Assembly (NCBI GenBank): GCA_036918135.1
Contig: JBALDB010000065.1
Location: 63,609 to 127,608 of the forward strand
DNA: 64,000 nt
Source: Nostoc sp.
GTDB lineage: Bacteria > Cyanobacteriota > Cyanobacteriia > Cyanobacteriales > Nostocaceae
Direction of reading: 5' to 3'
The notes under the pieces were generated by a model that was not told the DNA's origin, did not search any database, and worked only from the letters and a program-made list of their open reading frames with translations. The translations under genes were made by a program, and so were the position numbers. Positions within the stretch are counted from its first letter, which is position 1, and each line of letters begins with the position of its first letter. This document shows, piece after piece, positions 21,779 through 33,138 of this stretch.

Positions 21779-22552
21779 CTACCATATCTTCCAAGGAGCT
21801 TGATTACTTTTCCATAACTCCTCTAAGTGGTTTTTATCGCGTAAAGTGTCCATTGGTTGCCAAAAACCGTAATGCCTAAAAGCAGATAGCTGTTCCATAG
21901 CGGCTAGCTTTTCTAATGGCTCTTGTTCCCATATTGTAGAATCATCAGCAATCAAGTTTATCACTTCTGGTTCTAACACAAAATAACCGCCATTAATCCA
22001 AGCACCATCGCCTTCAGGTTTTTCCCGAAAGCTGGTAATTTTAGTTTGCTCATATCCTAAGGAAATGGCACCAAAACGTCCTGCTGGTTGAACGGCTGTC
22101 AGTGTTGCTAAAGTATTTTGTTGTTGATGGAATTTAACTAATTCGGTGATATTTATATCACTTACACCATCACCATAAGTAAAGCAAAAAGTCTCATTTC
22201 CCAGATGTTCGCTGATTCGCTTTAAGCGTCCACCTGTCATTGTATAATCGCCGGTATTTATTAAGGTGACACGCCAGGGTTCAGCATATCCAGAATGCAC
22301 GTTCATCTGATTAAACCGCATGTCAAAGGTAACATCTGACATGTGTAAGAAGTAATTAGCAAAATATTCTTTAATTATGTAACCTTTGTAACCACAACAA
22401 ATAATGAAGTCATTAATGCCGTGAGCAGAGTAAGTCTTCATTATGTGCCATAGAATTGGCTTACCACCAATCTCAACCATTGGCTTGGGTCTGATACTAG
22501 TTTCTTCGCTGAGGCGTGTACCAAGCCCTCCGGCCAAAATCACCGCTTTCAT
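21779..22552 (-). CDS. rfbF: Glucose-1-phosphate cytidylyltransferase (first gene of the HEP island)
   Basis: MKAVILAGGLGTRLSEET, TMTGGR, TYGDG, GFWQPMDTLRD. Confidence 0.93.
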   Translation of the reverse strand: MKAVILAGGLGTRLSEETSIRPKPMVEIGGKPILWHIMKTYSAHGINDFIICCGYKGYIIKEYFANYFLHMSDVTFDMRFNQMNVHSGYAEPWRVTLINTGDYTMTGGRLKRISEHLGNETFCFTYGDGVSDINITELVKFHQQQNTLATLTAVQPAGRFGAISLGYEQTKITSFREKPEGDGAWINGGYFVLEPEVINLIADDSTIWEQEPLEKLAAMEQLSAFRHYGFWQPMDTLRDKNHLEELWKSNQAPWKIW

Positions 22553-23214
22553 CAAATTACCTCGGAGATTTGTAGGGATATTATTTGTCTTTCTGGAGAT
22601 GAAGAGGATGCACTTACATGGAGAAAATTTTTTCTGATTTATTTTTCTCAGTCAATAATCTAACTATATTTTTTTGCAAAATTATGAAGCAGACATAAAT
22701 TAAAATCTTTTCAATATAAAAGCTCTATGAATATCTATACAGCACAATTCATAAATTACAAGCAAGCAAGGAAAGCCCCGCAAGGCGTGAGAATCAATTA
22801 AGCAAGTATAAAACCCCAGCTAATTATAGGTAAAAAATTCCTTCTCAATTCCGATTCTATTTTGCAGAAATCCTGACATATACAGATTTATCGTGGGTAA
22901 CCTTGTTGCACGCCTGTCAATGTTTTTATCTGAATATTAAAGTGAAATTTTCCTAAATTACTCAATTAAATAAAAATGTTACATATATAGCCGTAGTCAC
23001 ACCCTTTAGGACATTATGACAAGCGTGAATGCTAGGAATAATAATAGTTCAACCTCCTGCATAGCTGCCTTCTGCCGACGCTCGCAGACTCGCTAACGCT
23101 GCGCTATCCTGCCTCCTGCTAAAAAATAACTAGGATTAGCTTGCTCTAATCCTAGTCAGATTTGATTTATTGAATTAAAACCAATGACGTGCAAATAATA
23201 AAACTTATTTGTTT

Positions 23215-25386
23215 TTAGTTGATTTTTTCTACACTACCCGGTTCTTGGAATAAAGGATCGCATTTGTTTTCGATAACTACGCACATGTTACTGAGTGCTT
23301 GCTGATAATTATCCATATCATTTTGCTCAAGAAAAATTTTAGCGGCTGTCTGTAAATCTGCGATTGCTTTTGTTTGATTTTGGTTAGATTCTTTACCACC
23401 ATATTGTGCTAGTTCATAACGAACCATACCTCGTTTGAGAAAGACTTTTGCTAATCTGGGGCTTATGGTTAATGCTTGGTTAAAGTCAGCGATCGCTTGA
23501 TTATATTCTTGCTCATAATTGCTGCTAAATTGGGCAATTTGATAATAGACAATACCGCGCTGGAAGTAAGCTTCTGCTTTGTATAGATTTAGCTTGATTG
23601 CTTGAGTAAAATCTGCGATCGCTTTTTGATAAACTTGTTGAGATTCACCGCTGTATTTAGCCATTTGGGTGCGGACAATCCCGCGTCTAATATAAGCTTC
23701 CACTTCATTAGGATCGAAGCCGATAGCGCGATTGTAGTCGGCAATTGCTAGATTATATTCTGTATCAGGATCGTTGCTCAATTCAGCGAGCATAAACCGG
23801 GCATTCCCCCGATTCACAAGTGCTTTGATTTGATTAGGCTTGATTTTCAAAGCTTGGGTGTAATCTGCAACTGCTCCTTCGTAATCTTTCAAGTTATAAC
23901 GAGCGTTGCCACGATTTACAATTGCTCTAGCATGTTGGGGTTGTTGTTCAATCGCTTGGCTATAATTTGTGACTGCTTTTTCATAGTCTCGCTGTATATA
24001 AGCAGCATGACCTTGCTGAAAATAATCTTCAAAGCTGAGTTTGTTATTTATCCGATCGGATTTTAATGTTTGTTGAGTGTAAGCATTGTGGGAAACCAAC
24101 GGCTCGGTGAATTTAATCATTAAGTCCGCATATCCCAATAAACCAAAACCTAACAAGCAAAAAACAACCGGATACAATTTTGACTTTCTGGAACGTCTAA
24201 AAGGTGAAGCCTTTGGGGTAATTACTGGTGGTTGCCAATAATTCGCTAGGTGCGATGACATGACTCGCTGTGGCAAGCGTGGTACTTGGGTATGGCGTTT
24301 TTTCGGTTTAATTCGCGGTTGTAAATGTTCTCTGGCTTCTATTGCCCGATGTGATGGGAAAGGATCGCGTCCACCTAATCGCACGGTACGTTCGCACCAA
24401 GGACAAAGATCTAAATGGTTGTTGTAACGATGTTGGGGATTAGTAGTGCAAGTAATCAAGGAATCTTCGGCTTCCGCTATTGCTGAAAGCCAAGTTTGGG
24501 CACTCGGTCGCACCTGTGGGTTATTGTGACCGTCTTCAAAACAACGTACAAATAATTCTTGTAAGCTGGGATGAAGAATTTCCCAGGGAGGTGCGATGGG
24601 TGTAGGTAGGTAGGGTACGCGTCGCTTTTGGCTGTAAGTAAAATGTCCGGCTGCAATGCGTGCTTCGTAAGGCGGTGGCTCCATAGCACCTTGAAAAATC
24701 CCGGAAAATGGGTGCGTACCTTCCATTAACAGTTGAAATACCAGTACTGATAACCCAAATAAGTCATGGGAAATTTCGCGATCGTGTTCGGCAAAAGTTT
24801 TATTTTGTAGTTCTGGTGGGGTAAACTCTGGTTTCCCCACCGAACAACGATAAACAAGGTTGGTGTTTGGGTTGCGTACTTGGAAAGAGTCAGTGTCTAT
24901 CAAAGTCACCAGCGCTGTGTCACTGACGAGGATGTTTGACTCATTCACATCGCCAATGCAATATCCACTAGCGTGCAAAGCTGCAAAAGCTGCCGCCAGG
25001 TTACGAGCCGTGCGGAGCAGGTACTGATAGTTGAATAACGGGCAGTGTTGGCGACGGGTTCTTGGGTTATAAAAGTCAATGATTGGACGCATTCCCTGAA
25101 TGCGTGGCATTAAAAACCCCAAGATATCATTGCTACCATCTGCGGCACGTAATAAATCCTCTGGCCAAGCAATGGAAATATGCCCCAAACTAGCTGTGGG
25201 GTTTTCCGGCGGGTTAGCCAGCATTGCTTGGAGTTTTTCAGCATGAGCAGTGGTTGGCTTGTGGTAAATCTTTGCCACCAAGTTGCTATCGGATGGCAGT
25301 CCATAAACACAAGCTTCACCACCACGCCCCAAACTGATACTCAAATTGAGGATTTCTTTTTTAGGAGAACAACGTAGTACCTGCAT
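23215..25386 (-). CDS. TerY-associated protein kinase with TM helix and C-terminal TPR repeats
   Basis: GRGGEA, VAKIY, IGDVNESN, IDTDS, PPE; C-H-CPWC motif; hydrophobic helix; many TPRs. Confidence 0.88.
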   Translation of the reverse strand: MQVLRCSPKKEILNLSISLGRGGEACVYGLPSDSNLVAKIYHKPTTAHAEKLQAMLANPPENPTASLGHISIAWPEDLLRAADGSNDILGFLMPRIQGMRPIIDFYNPRTRRQHCPLFNYQYLLRTARNLAAAFAALHASGYCIGDVNESNILVSDTALVTLIDTDSFQVRNPNTNLVYRCSVGKPEFTPPELQNKTFAEHDREISHDLFGLSVLVFQLLMEGTHPFSGIFQGAMEPPPYEARIAAGHFTYSQKRRVPYLPTPIAPPWEILHPSLQELFVRCFEDGHNNPQVRPSAQTWLSAIAEAEDSLITCTTNPQHRYNNHLDLCPWCERTVRLGGRDPFPSHRAIEAREHLQPRIKPKKRHTQVPRLPQRVMSSHLANYWQPPVITPKASPFRRSRKSKLYPVVFCLLGFGLLGYADLMIKFTEPLVSHNAYTQQTLKSDRINNKLSFEDYFQQGHAAYIQRDYEKAVTNYSQAIEQQPQHARAIVNRGNARYNLKDYEGAVADYTQALKIKPNQIKALVNRGNARFMLAELSNDPDTEYNLAIADYNRAIGFDPNEVEAYIRRGIVRTQMAKYSGESQQVYQKAIADFTQAIKLNLYKAEAYFQRGIVYYQIAQFSSNYEQEYNQAIADFNQALTISPRLAKVFLKRGMVRYELAQYGGKESNQNQTKAIADLQTAAKIFLEQNDMDNYQQALSNMCVVIENKCDPLFQEPGSVEKIN

Positions 25387-25441
25387 AGTCAAATTACCGC
25401 TAACGAGAGTATTTAAAATCTCAAACTTTTAAAATTAATGC

Positions 25442-26224
25442 TTATGAGTCATTGAATGCAGCTATAATCAGTGTTAAATCATCATCAGTGCGTTGGGTAA
25501 TCCGCTCTGAACGTAAGAACCTTACTAACTGCTCTTTTGCTGCTGTTTTATCCTCGGTATTAGCTACAAATTCAAACAGCGGAAAAAAGAACGGTTTATG
25601 AGGTTCCCCAACAACCATATTTAAAGCTAGCATTTGTAACCCGTCAGTAATTATACCAACATTTACTATGTCTGTACGCCATAATCTCATCTGTGCTGTA
25701 TCTAAGGCAGTGGGCGAAGTTAAAAAGGTGGTTTCGTTGATGTATTCGCCGCTATCAGGCATAGTCAGTGCTAGGAGGTTACCCATTTGGTCTTTTGCTA
25801 CTGCCAAACCATCACCTATTTGGGCTACAGCCACAACTTCTGGTGTAGCAACCATGATAATTAAGGTAGTTGCTAGGTCTTGAGGCTGTTTGTCACAACC
25901 AAAAGCTTCATCCTCCACAGCTTTTTTGGCAGCTAGTATGGCATCATTTAAGAGCGATCGCACATGACTATCATTAGTCAAAGTGCTTCGGGTTAATTGT
26001 TTAGTACAAATGTTTTCGATTGCTGTCTCCACAGCAACCATCGCTCCTACTTTCCCAAGACTTGCAGAACCCGCGCCATCTGCTGCCGCCGCCACTAAAA
26101 TGTTATTTGACAAGAGCTGCCAGTGATGAGCATCCTGACATAACTGTTTATTTCTTAAGTGACTTGTACCACATACTGATGCAGCCACAATCCGCCATTG
26201 AGCAATCTGTTTTGATAGATTCAT
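25442..26224 (-). CDS. PP2C-family phosphatase (TerY-P type)
   Basis: GTSH, CQDA, ADGAGSA, ATTL, IGDG, TDGL, TDDDLTL. Confidence 0.9.
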   Translation of the reverse strand: MNLSKQIAQWRIVAASVCGTSHLRNKQLCQDAHHWQLLSNNILVAAAADGAGSASLGKVGAMVAVETAIENICTKQLTRSTLTNDSHVRSLLNDAILAAKKAVEDEAFGCDKQPQDLATTLIIMVATPEVVAVAQIGDGLAVAKDQMGNLLALTMPDSGEYINETTFLTSPTALDTAQMRLWRTDIVNVGIITDGLQMLALNMVVGEPHKPFFFPLFEFVANTEDKTAAKEQLVRFLRSERITQRTDDDLTLIIAAFNDS

Positions 26225-26259
26225 AAGATTTTGTTCCAACAGCCAGCTGCCATCTTTAA

Positions 26260-26934
26260 TTAAACAGTCCCCCAACCAATCGGCGGTAGTGCTACCTGTT
26301 CGTCCACCTGGGAATGCGAAACAGCTGACATACTAGCTGAGAGCCAAACAAACATCTCAATAAAGTTTAGCCCTTTGAGTTTCAGCGGAGTACGCACAGC
26401 TATTTGATTTAAGCGCGTCATGTTGGCATTTTCCACACCAACTGTAAAAAATGCTACCCTTTTATTTGCTTCATCACCTTGTAAGCGCTGGGCTGCTTGA
26501 TCCACCACATGATCTAACTCACCTTGCGGTTCTCCGTCAGTGATCATAAATACCCAAGGACGATAGTAAGCAATCCCATTGGTACGATATTGAGATTTTC
26601 TCTCTTGAATAATGTCTAAAGCTTTATGAATTCCTGCGCCCATCGTTGTCAATCCTTGAGCTGTCAAAATCGGCGGATTGAATTGATCGGCAGTTACAAA
26701 GTCTTGTACTACATTAATATTACTATCAAAAGTTACGATCGCCACTTCTACCCGTCTGGCGGCCAAGGAATTTTTTATCAATTCATCCTTTAAACTTAAT
26801 AAACCCTGATTTAAAGCCTCAATCGGATCTCCTTGCATCGAGCCAGATGTATCTAGTAGAAGTACGCACGGACAACGCGGTTCTGGATTTTCTGCAAACT
26901 CTACAACTTCATCAAGTCTTAATGTGTCATGCAT
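26260..26934 (-). CDS. TerY-like von Willebrand factor A domain protein
   Basis: MIDAS DTSGSM, YYRPWVFMITDG; start MHDTLRL. Confidence 0.9.
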   Translation of the reverse strand: MHDTLRLDEVVEFAENPEPRCPCVLLLDTSGSMQGDPIEALNQGLLSLKDELIKNSLAARRVEVAIVTFDSNINVVQDFVTADQFNPPILTAQGLTTMGAGIHKALDIIQERKSQYRTNGIAYYRPWVFMITDGEPQGELDHVVDQAAQRLQGDEANKRVAFFTVGVENANMTRLNQIAVRTPLKLKGLNFIEMFVWLSASMSAVSHSQVDEQVALPPIGWGTV

Positions 26935-27748
26935 AACTTTTTGTGTTATGTTAAAGTCCAAAGTTTTATTTCCCTTTCAAAGTATATAATTTCAGCCACT
27001 GGGGTGACTACAGATATAGTATTTAGTGGTAGATGCTCTAACTGTCATCAAACATATAATTTCGATCGAGTTCTCTATATATTTTAAGAGAGCTTGAGCG
27101 GCATTTAGTTGGGCAAAAAAGAGTTTTTCAAAACTCAGCATTACCTGTTGTAGTATATCTCCCCAAAATTTATATCTATCAAACCTAGAGTACAATAAAT
27201 ACTTAGGCTTTCCTACATAAGTTTTTAAAGATTTTATGTAGGATAATCGTTTCTTTATAGAAAAGTAATTAAACGTAATTAAGAACATTAGCTTTTCAAG
27301 TGTACCTGTGTTATTGTCCGAAGTTTGAATCACTGCTTCTTAAGTGAATTAGCAGAACTTAAGATATAAAATATTAAGGTTTTGAGGGGAGCATTTATCA
27401 ATGGTCAGTCAAATCGAAAGTGGTTAACATGTATTGTGATTCTATTTACTAACGCTCTTTACATTTGTTAATTTATGCTTACCTTCAGTCGAAAAGTCAG
27501 GAATAAAACGAAAAAGAAGTTGTTTTATGCATAGTGTACATAATTAAAGACAACTGTTTATTTTTAAAACCTGATTAAAAAGTATAAAATATAACTAATT
27601 TATTAAAAAGTTATAATTATTAATATATATACATATTTAAATAAATATTTTATACATAGAGAAAAATTACAAACAAGAAAAGACTTCATAGCTGATATTT
27701 GTAATTTACAAATGTTCGGTTGCTGATTCCGCAAAAAAGTAGAAAAAT

Positions 27749-29122
27749 ATGAATAACTCAGGTGCATTCAATAAACTACGTCCTTTAAGTTTGTTAAGAC
27801 AGTTATCTAATTGCTCCGAGAGTACTTGTTTACAAACATTGAGTAACTCAGTTTCTTGGTCGATTTACTTAGAACAGGGCAAAATAACTTACGCAACCCA
27901 TTCAGTAGAACCGTTCGATAGGTTAGAACGGCATTTGCGTCGCTTGAGCCATCAAATTCCACTACTTACCAACGAGGTTCGCATTCAGGTTCGTCTGATG
28001 TTTGAACCTGACTCGCACACTCAGTTAATCGAACATTACAGTCAATCAAAAAGCCAGCCTCCTGAATATCATGCTATATACTGGCTTATGAGTCAACAAC
28101 ATTTACATTCTACCCAAGCAGCAGTATTGATTCAAGAATTAGTTAAAGAGGTAATTGAATCATTTTTGCTAATCAAAGAAGGTACTTATGAACTAACAGA
28201 ACCACTTAATAGAATGCCAAAAATTTGCAGGTTTGATACGGAAAAAATTTTAGAACGTTGCCAAATAAAATTAGAAAATTGGCAGTCTTTTATACCACAT
28301 ATTTCTTCTCCATATCAACGCCCATATCTATTGGCTAACAGCCAATTGGAAGAAAAAGATTTACCAAACCTCCAGCCAAATTTAATTAACTGGATGAAAG
28401 GTTTTAGTCTTTGTCATTTAGCGGCAATTTTAAATCAAGATGAAATTCAACTAGCTCGCCAATTATACCCTTACATCGTTAAAGGGAGAATTATCTTGCA
28501 TGAACCAGATCCACCATTTGATAAACTACCAAAGATATTTGAAGAGCGAGCGCATTTCCCAAAACTGACTACAGAATCAATTGATACCAAAAATGAAGTC
28601 AATACTTACCCAGATATTCCGAAAGAGAATATAGATATTATTGAGCAATTACCAGAGATTTCTACTCCTCCAAAAGCAGACTTTCAGGAACCAACAATAT
28701 CAAATAACATAAATTCAGCTTCCCAAAAAGTAACTCCTGCTACTGGAACTACACAAAAAGTCCATAAAATTGTTTCTGTAGATGATAGCCCCACAGTTCT
28801 CAAAGAAATTAGCTATTTCTTAGAAAATGAAAATTTTTCTGTAGTGACTATTAACGACCCATTAAAAGCTGTTTTGTCTATTATCAGGCACAAACCGGAC
28901 TTAATTTTACTGGATTTAAACATGCTAGGAATTGATGGTTATGAATTGTGCAGAATTATCCGCAATAATTCTATGTTTAAGCAGACCCCTATTATCTTTG
29001 TCACTGGTAGCAAAGGAATTGTAGACAAAGTAAGAGCGAGATTAGTCGGGGCATCTGGATATTTGACGAAACCGTTTACTCGTGCTGAATTATTGAAAAT
29101 AGTTTTTATGCACTTAACTTAA
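27749..29122 (+). CDS. PatA-family response regulator (PATAN + receiver domain)
   Basis: WSIYLEQGKITYATHS PATAN domain; VDDSP, LLDLNM, YLTKPF receiver. Confidence 0.87.
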   Translation: MNNSGAFNKLRPLSLLRQLSNCSESTCLQTLSNSVSWSIYLEQGKITYATHSVEPFDRLERHLRRLSHQIPLLTNEVRIQVRLMFEPDSHTQLIEHYSQSKSQPPEYHAIYWLMSQQHLHSTQAAVLIQELVKEVIESFLLIKEGTYELTEPLNRMPKICRFDTEKILERCQIKLENWQSFIPHISSPYQRPYLLANSQLEEKDLPNLQPNLINWMKGFSLCHLAAILNQDEIQLARQLYPYIVKGRIILHEPDPPFDKLPKIFEERAHFPKLTTESIDTKNEVNTYPDIPKENIDIIEQLPEISTPPKADFQEPTISNNINSASQKVTPATGTTQKVHKIVSVDDSPTVLKEISYFLENENFSVVTINDPLKAVLSIIRHKPDLILLDLNMLGIDGYELCRIIRNNSMFKQTPIIFVTGSKGIVDKVRARLVGASGYLTKPFTRAELLKIVFMHLT

Positions 29123-29360
29123 ATTTATCGATATATAGACTTATAACTAGTAGAAATATAATGAGATTATATTATATAAACATTGTACTACATGGGTTTT
29201 ACCCAAAATAGTCATTTCATTCATTTACTCAAAAAATTAACTCTTAAATGCTTAATATATCTAAAGTATCAAAATTGAATCTTATCAGATTGATCTAAGG
29301 TTAAGAATTACCAAGAAAGAAATTACTACTACTTGAGTAATATTTTTTATATGGAACTTA

Positions 29361-29511
29361 CTATAGGACTCATATTTTATTTTTAAAATATACGTAGGGT
29401 GCGTTACGCCAAATGTTAACGCACCAGTTAACGATTTAGATGCGTTAGGCTACGCCATAACACACCCTACAGATACTTAGATTTTTTCAGAAATAAAATC
29501 GGACTTCTATA
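29361..29511. mobile_element. TA-flanked MITE-like element with internal REP-like GTAGGGTG...CACCCTAC arms
   Basis: tataggact... and ...ggacttctata imperfect inverted ends; internal palindromes. Confidence 0.45.
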
Positions 29512-29788
29512 TATCTATTTAAAATTTAAAATTGTTGGGAGTGGTTATATTGTTATCTACAACAAAATCTTTAAGGGAGTAGCTAAACTGGAAACGAAAG
29601 CGATCGCTGCGGTAAACAGCTCGGTCTTAGCGTACAGGTTTTGGAGTAGACTTTTGTAATCAAACTTCTGCGGTAATTGCTGGGTTTGTGAAAGAAAAAT
29701 TCATCTGTGTTTTACAGGTGATTGTTCCTGCTGCTAGCAAACACTCTAAAATGAGAGCAACAGACGATTCCTCAAACCAGCACATTCC

Positions 29789-32248
29789 ATGCGTATTTCT
29801 CTAAATTGGCTGCGCGAACTAGTAGAGATAAAACTTAGTCCAGAAGAATTGGCCGAAACCCTGACGATGGCGGGGTTTGAAGTAGAAGATATTGAAGACC
29901 GCCGTACTTGGGCAAATGGTGTTGTTGTGGGAAGAGTGCTTGAGCGTCAACCACACCCCAATGCTGATAAATTAAGTGTTTGTCAAGTGGATATCGGCGC
30001 AGATGAAACTTTAAATATTGTCTGTGGTGCCGCTAATGTCAAGGCAGATATCTATGTGCCAGTAGCAACTACAGGTACTTATTTACCCAACATTGATTTA
30101 AAAATTAAACCTGCAAAACTGCGCGGTGTTCCCTCTCAGGGCATGATTTGTTCTTTAAAAGAACTCGGTTTGCCCACTGATGTAGACGGAATTCATATTT
30201 TTCCCCAAGAAAATTTACCCTTGGGTAGCGATGTGCGTCCGTTGTTGGGTTTAGATGATGTAATTTTAGACCTTACGGCAACCGCTAATCGCGCTGATGC
30301 TCTATGTATGGTAGGCGTAGCACGGGAAGTCGCAGCCTTAACTGGTGGAAAACTCAGCATTCCTGTACCGGGTGAAGTGCCAACTAGCAAAAATCCAGGA
30401 AATTTAGCTTTAAAAATTGCCGATACCCAAGCTTGTCCCGCGTACATTGGTACAGTAATCGAACAAATTAAAATTGCCCTATCTCCTGAATGGTTGCAAC
30501 AGCGCTTACGGGCTGCTGGAGTACGTCCGATAAATAATGTGGTGGACATTACTAACTACGTGTTGTTGGAATGGGGACAACCGCTACACGCCTTCGATCG
30601 CGATCGCCTAAAATCAGTTGCAAGTAGCGAAAGTTTAACTATCGGCGTCCGCTTCGCCACTGCTGGAGAATCCCTCAAAACCCTGGATGGACAAACTCGC
30701 ACTTTAGCATCCCAAAATTTATTAATTACTGCTAACGACAAACCCGTGGCCTTAGCGGGAGTTATGGGTGGAGAAGAAACCGAAGTCTATGAAGGTACTC
30801 AAAGCCTAGTTTTAGAAGCCGCTTTATTTGATTCCGTGGCAATTCGCCGTTCTTCTCGCAGTGTTGGCTTAAGAAGTGAAGCTTCTGGTAGATACGAAAG
30901 AGGAGTTAACCGCGCTGAATTGGAAGTTGCAAATCGCCGCGCCTTGTCCTTAATTTGCGAATTAGCGAGTGGAATTATTGTGCAGCAGGAAATTGCCGAC
31001 ACTCGCCCCGACCCATCTACCTGGAGTCGTTCTATTGCACTGCGTTTAGAAAGAGTCAATCAGGTACTTGGGCCAATCGATTTCGGAGAAGAGACAGCAG
31101 AACTTCAAGGACAAGACATTGAAAGGATTCTGACTGCATTAGGATGTCAGGTGACTCCTTCAGGCAACGTCTTAGGACAAGACAATACACTTCAACCCAC
31201 GTGGTCTGTTTCTGTACCACCCTATCGTTACCGCGACTTAGAACGGGAAATCGATTTAATTGAAGAAATCGCCCGTCTTTATGGGTACAACAGATTTTGT
31301 GATACCTTACCAGAAAAAGCGGAAGCGGGTTATCTGCCTTTAGACCAGGAAGTGATTCGCAAATTACGAGCTTTTTTACGGGCAGAAGGTTTAACAGAAT
31401 TAATTCATTATTCTTTAGTTAAGCCAGGAGAAGACAGACAAATAGTATTAACAAACCCATTGTTTGTAGAATATTCAGCGCTGCGAACTGATTTAATATC
31501 TGGGTTAATTGACGCCTATCAATATAATGTAGAGCAGGGTAACGGTGGCCTCAACGGCTTTGAAATCGGGCAAATTTTCTGGCAAGAAGACGGTTTGCAA
31601 GAAGCAGAAGCCTTAGCTGGTATTATGGGAGGCGATCGCTCTGTCGGCAAATGGTCAAAAAGTGGTCGAGAACAACCCTTGACTTGGTTTGAAGCCAAAG
31701 GCATTTTAGAAAGTGTATTTCGCCAACTCGGCTTGCAAGTAGAATATCAACCCGATCGCCGAGATGAACGCTTACATCCAGGACGCACCGCTTCCTTATG
31801 GATTAGAGGTAACAGTCTAGGTATTTTTGGACAAATTCATCCCCAACTGCGGCGCGAAAAAGGCTTACCAGATTCAGTCTATGTTTTCCAGTTAGATTTA
31901 AATGTACTTTTAAATTCTTTAGACGAAGATGGAATTCTCATCTCCACATTTACTCCCTACTCTACCTACCCAGCAAGCGATCGCGACATCGCCTTTTTTG
32001 CACCCGTAAAAGTCTCAGTAGGCGAACTTCAAAAAGCAATTACCAAAGCTGGCAAAGATTTACTCGAATCAGTGGAATTGTTTGATGAATATCGTGGCGA
32101 AAACGTCCCTGAAGGTCAGCGTAGTCTAGCATTCCGCCTAGTTTATCGGGCAAACGATCGTACCCTCACTGATGCTGAAGTCGAACCAGTACACAATAAA
32201 GTCCGCGAAGCCTTAGTGGAAAAATTCGGCGTCAATTTAAGAAGTTAG
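29789..32248 (+). CDS. pheT: Phenylalanine--tRNA ligase beta subunit
   Basis: [46 protein letters not shown]...SLAFRL. Confidence 0.98.
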   Translation: MRISLNWLRELVEIKLSPEELAETLTMAGFEVEDIEDRRTWANGVVVGRVLERQPHPNADKLSVCQVDIGADETLNIVCGAANVKADIYVPVATTGTYLPNIDLKIKPAKLRGVPSQGMICSLKELGLPTDVDGIHIFPQENLPLGSDVRPLLGLDDVILDLTATANRADALCMVGVAREVAALTGGKLSIPVPGEVPTSKNPGNLALKIADTQACPAYIGTVIEQIKIALSPEWLQQRLRAAGVRPINNVVDITNYVLLEWGQPLHAFDRDRLKSVASSESLTIGVRFATAGESLKTLDGQTRTLASQNLLITANDKPVALAGVMGGEETEVYEGTQSLVLEAALFDSVAIRRSSRSVGLRSEASGRYERGVNRAELEVANRRALSLICELASGIIVQQEIADTRPDPSTWSRSIALRLERVNQVLGPIDFGEETAELQGQDIERILTALGCQVTPSGNVLGQDNTLQPTWSVSVPPYRYRDLEREIDLIEEIARLYGYNRFCDTLPEKAEAGYLPLDQEVIRKLRAFLRAEGLTELIHYSLVKPGEDRQIVLTNPLFVEYSALRTDLISGLIDAYQYNVEQGNGGLNGFEIGQIFWQEDGLQEAEALAGIMGGDRSVGKWSKSGREQPLTWFEAKGILESVFRQLGLQVEYQPDRRDERLHPGRTASLWIRGNSLGIFGQIHPQLRREKGLPDSVYVFQLDLNVLLNSLDEDGILISTFTPYSTYPASDRDIAFFAPVKVSVGELQKAITKAGKDLLESVELFDEYRGENVPEGQRSLAFRLVYRANDRTLTDAEVEPVHNKVREALVEKFGVNLRS

Positions 32249-32466
32249 TTATTTTTCATTGGTCATTGGTCATTTGTCAATAGTTAGGAGTTAAGAATTA
32301 AGCTATTACGCCTTTAAATTACACAATCACTTCTTAAGTTCGTTGACTGCTGACGGGTAACAGTCAACACGAAAAAATGTACTGTGTTAGATGCAAGGGC
32401 AGCTTAATAATTCCTTACTCCCTAACGCACTGGCTCCAAAATCTAAAATCCAAAACAGTCTCAGTT

Positions 32467-32736
32467 ATGCCTAAATATGTACTCTGGGGAACTTACTGCG
32501 AAGACGTTCTTGAAAAACGCGTCCCCCACCGTCAAGCTCATTTAGACGGATTAGCAAAACAGAAAGAATCTGGTGTGCTAATTACCATCGGCCCTACTAA
32601 AGATGTTACAAAAGTTTTTGGACTTTATGAAGCTGAAGACGAAGCCACCGTCCGCGAATTAATTGAAAACGATCCATACTGGAAAAATGGCATTTGGACT
32701 GAATATTCTGTCAAAGAATGGATTCAGGCTTTTTAA
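32467..32736 (+). CDS. YciI-family protein
   Basis: Start MPKYVLWG; R..HRQAHL, GPT, DPYW. Confidence 0.85.
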   Translation: MPKYVLWGTYCEDVLEKRVPHRQAHLDGLAKQKESGVLITIGPTKDVTKVFGLYEAEDEATVRELIENDPYWKNGIWTEYSVKEWIQAF

Positions 32737-32762
32737 ATTAAATATGCGAGATGAGGGAGGTA

Positions 32763-33035
32763 AAGCTCAAAGTTGAACCTCTGAAGCTCAAAGTTGACCC
32801 TCTGAAGCTCAAAGTTGAACCTCTGAAGCTCAAAGTTGAACCTCTGAAGCTCAAAGTTGAACCTCTGAAGCTCAAAGTTGAACCTCTGAAGCTCAAAGTT
32901 GAGCCTCTGAAGCTCAAAGTTGAACCTCTGAAGCTCAAAGTTGAGCCTTTGAAGGTCAAAGTTGAACCTCTGAAGCTCAAAGTTGAGCCTTTGAAGGTCA
33001 AAGTTGAACCTCTAAAGCTCAACGTTGAACCTCTC
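32763..33035. repeat. Tandem repeat, 13 x 21 bp (AAGCTCAAAGTTGAACCTCTG)
   Basis: 273 bp = 13 units with 0-3 substitutions each and no spacers. Confidence 0.95.
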
Positions 33036-33138
33036 ACCTTGAAACTTTCAGTTTTAACTCTCCCTCATCTCTCCATCTCCTCATCTCCCCATTACCCCTT
33101 ATCCCCAGAGGGAACCCCACCTTCCCCACTCCCGAAAT

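Noticed and set aside
7170..22876. TCAGGA/TCTGGA hexamers upstream of hepA, hepC and rfbF as DIF1 (TCCGGA) promoters
   Set aside because: One-mismatch hexamers are expected by chance; cannot be supported without TSS data.
26992..27333. 113-aa ORF between terY-like and patA-like genes
   Set aside because: Non-ATG start in an AT-rich divergent promoter region, with no motifs.
32763..33035. CRISPR array
   Set aside because: Contiguous 21-bp units with no unique spacers, and no cas genes in the window.
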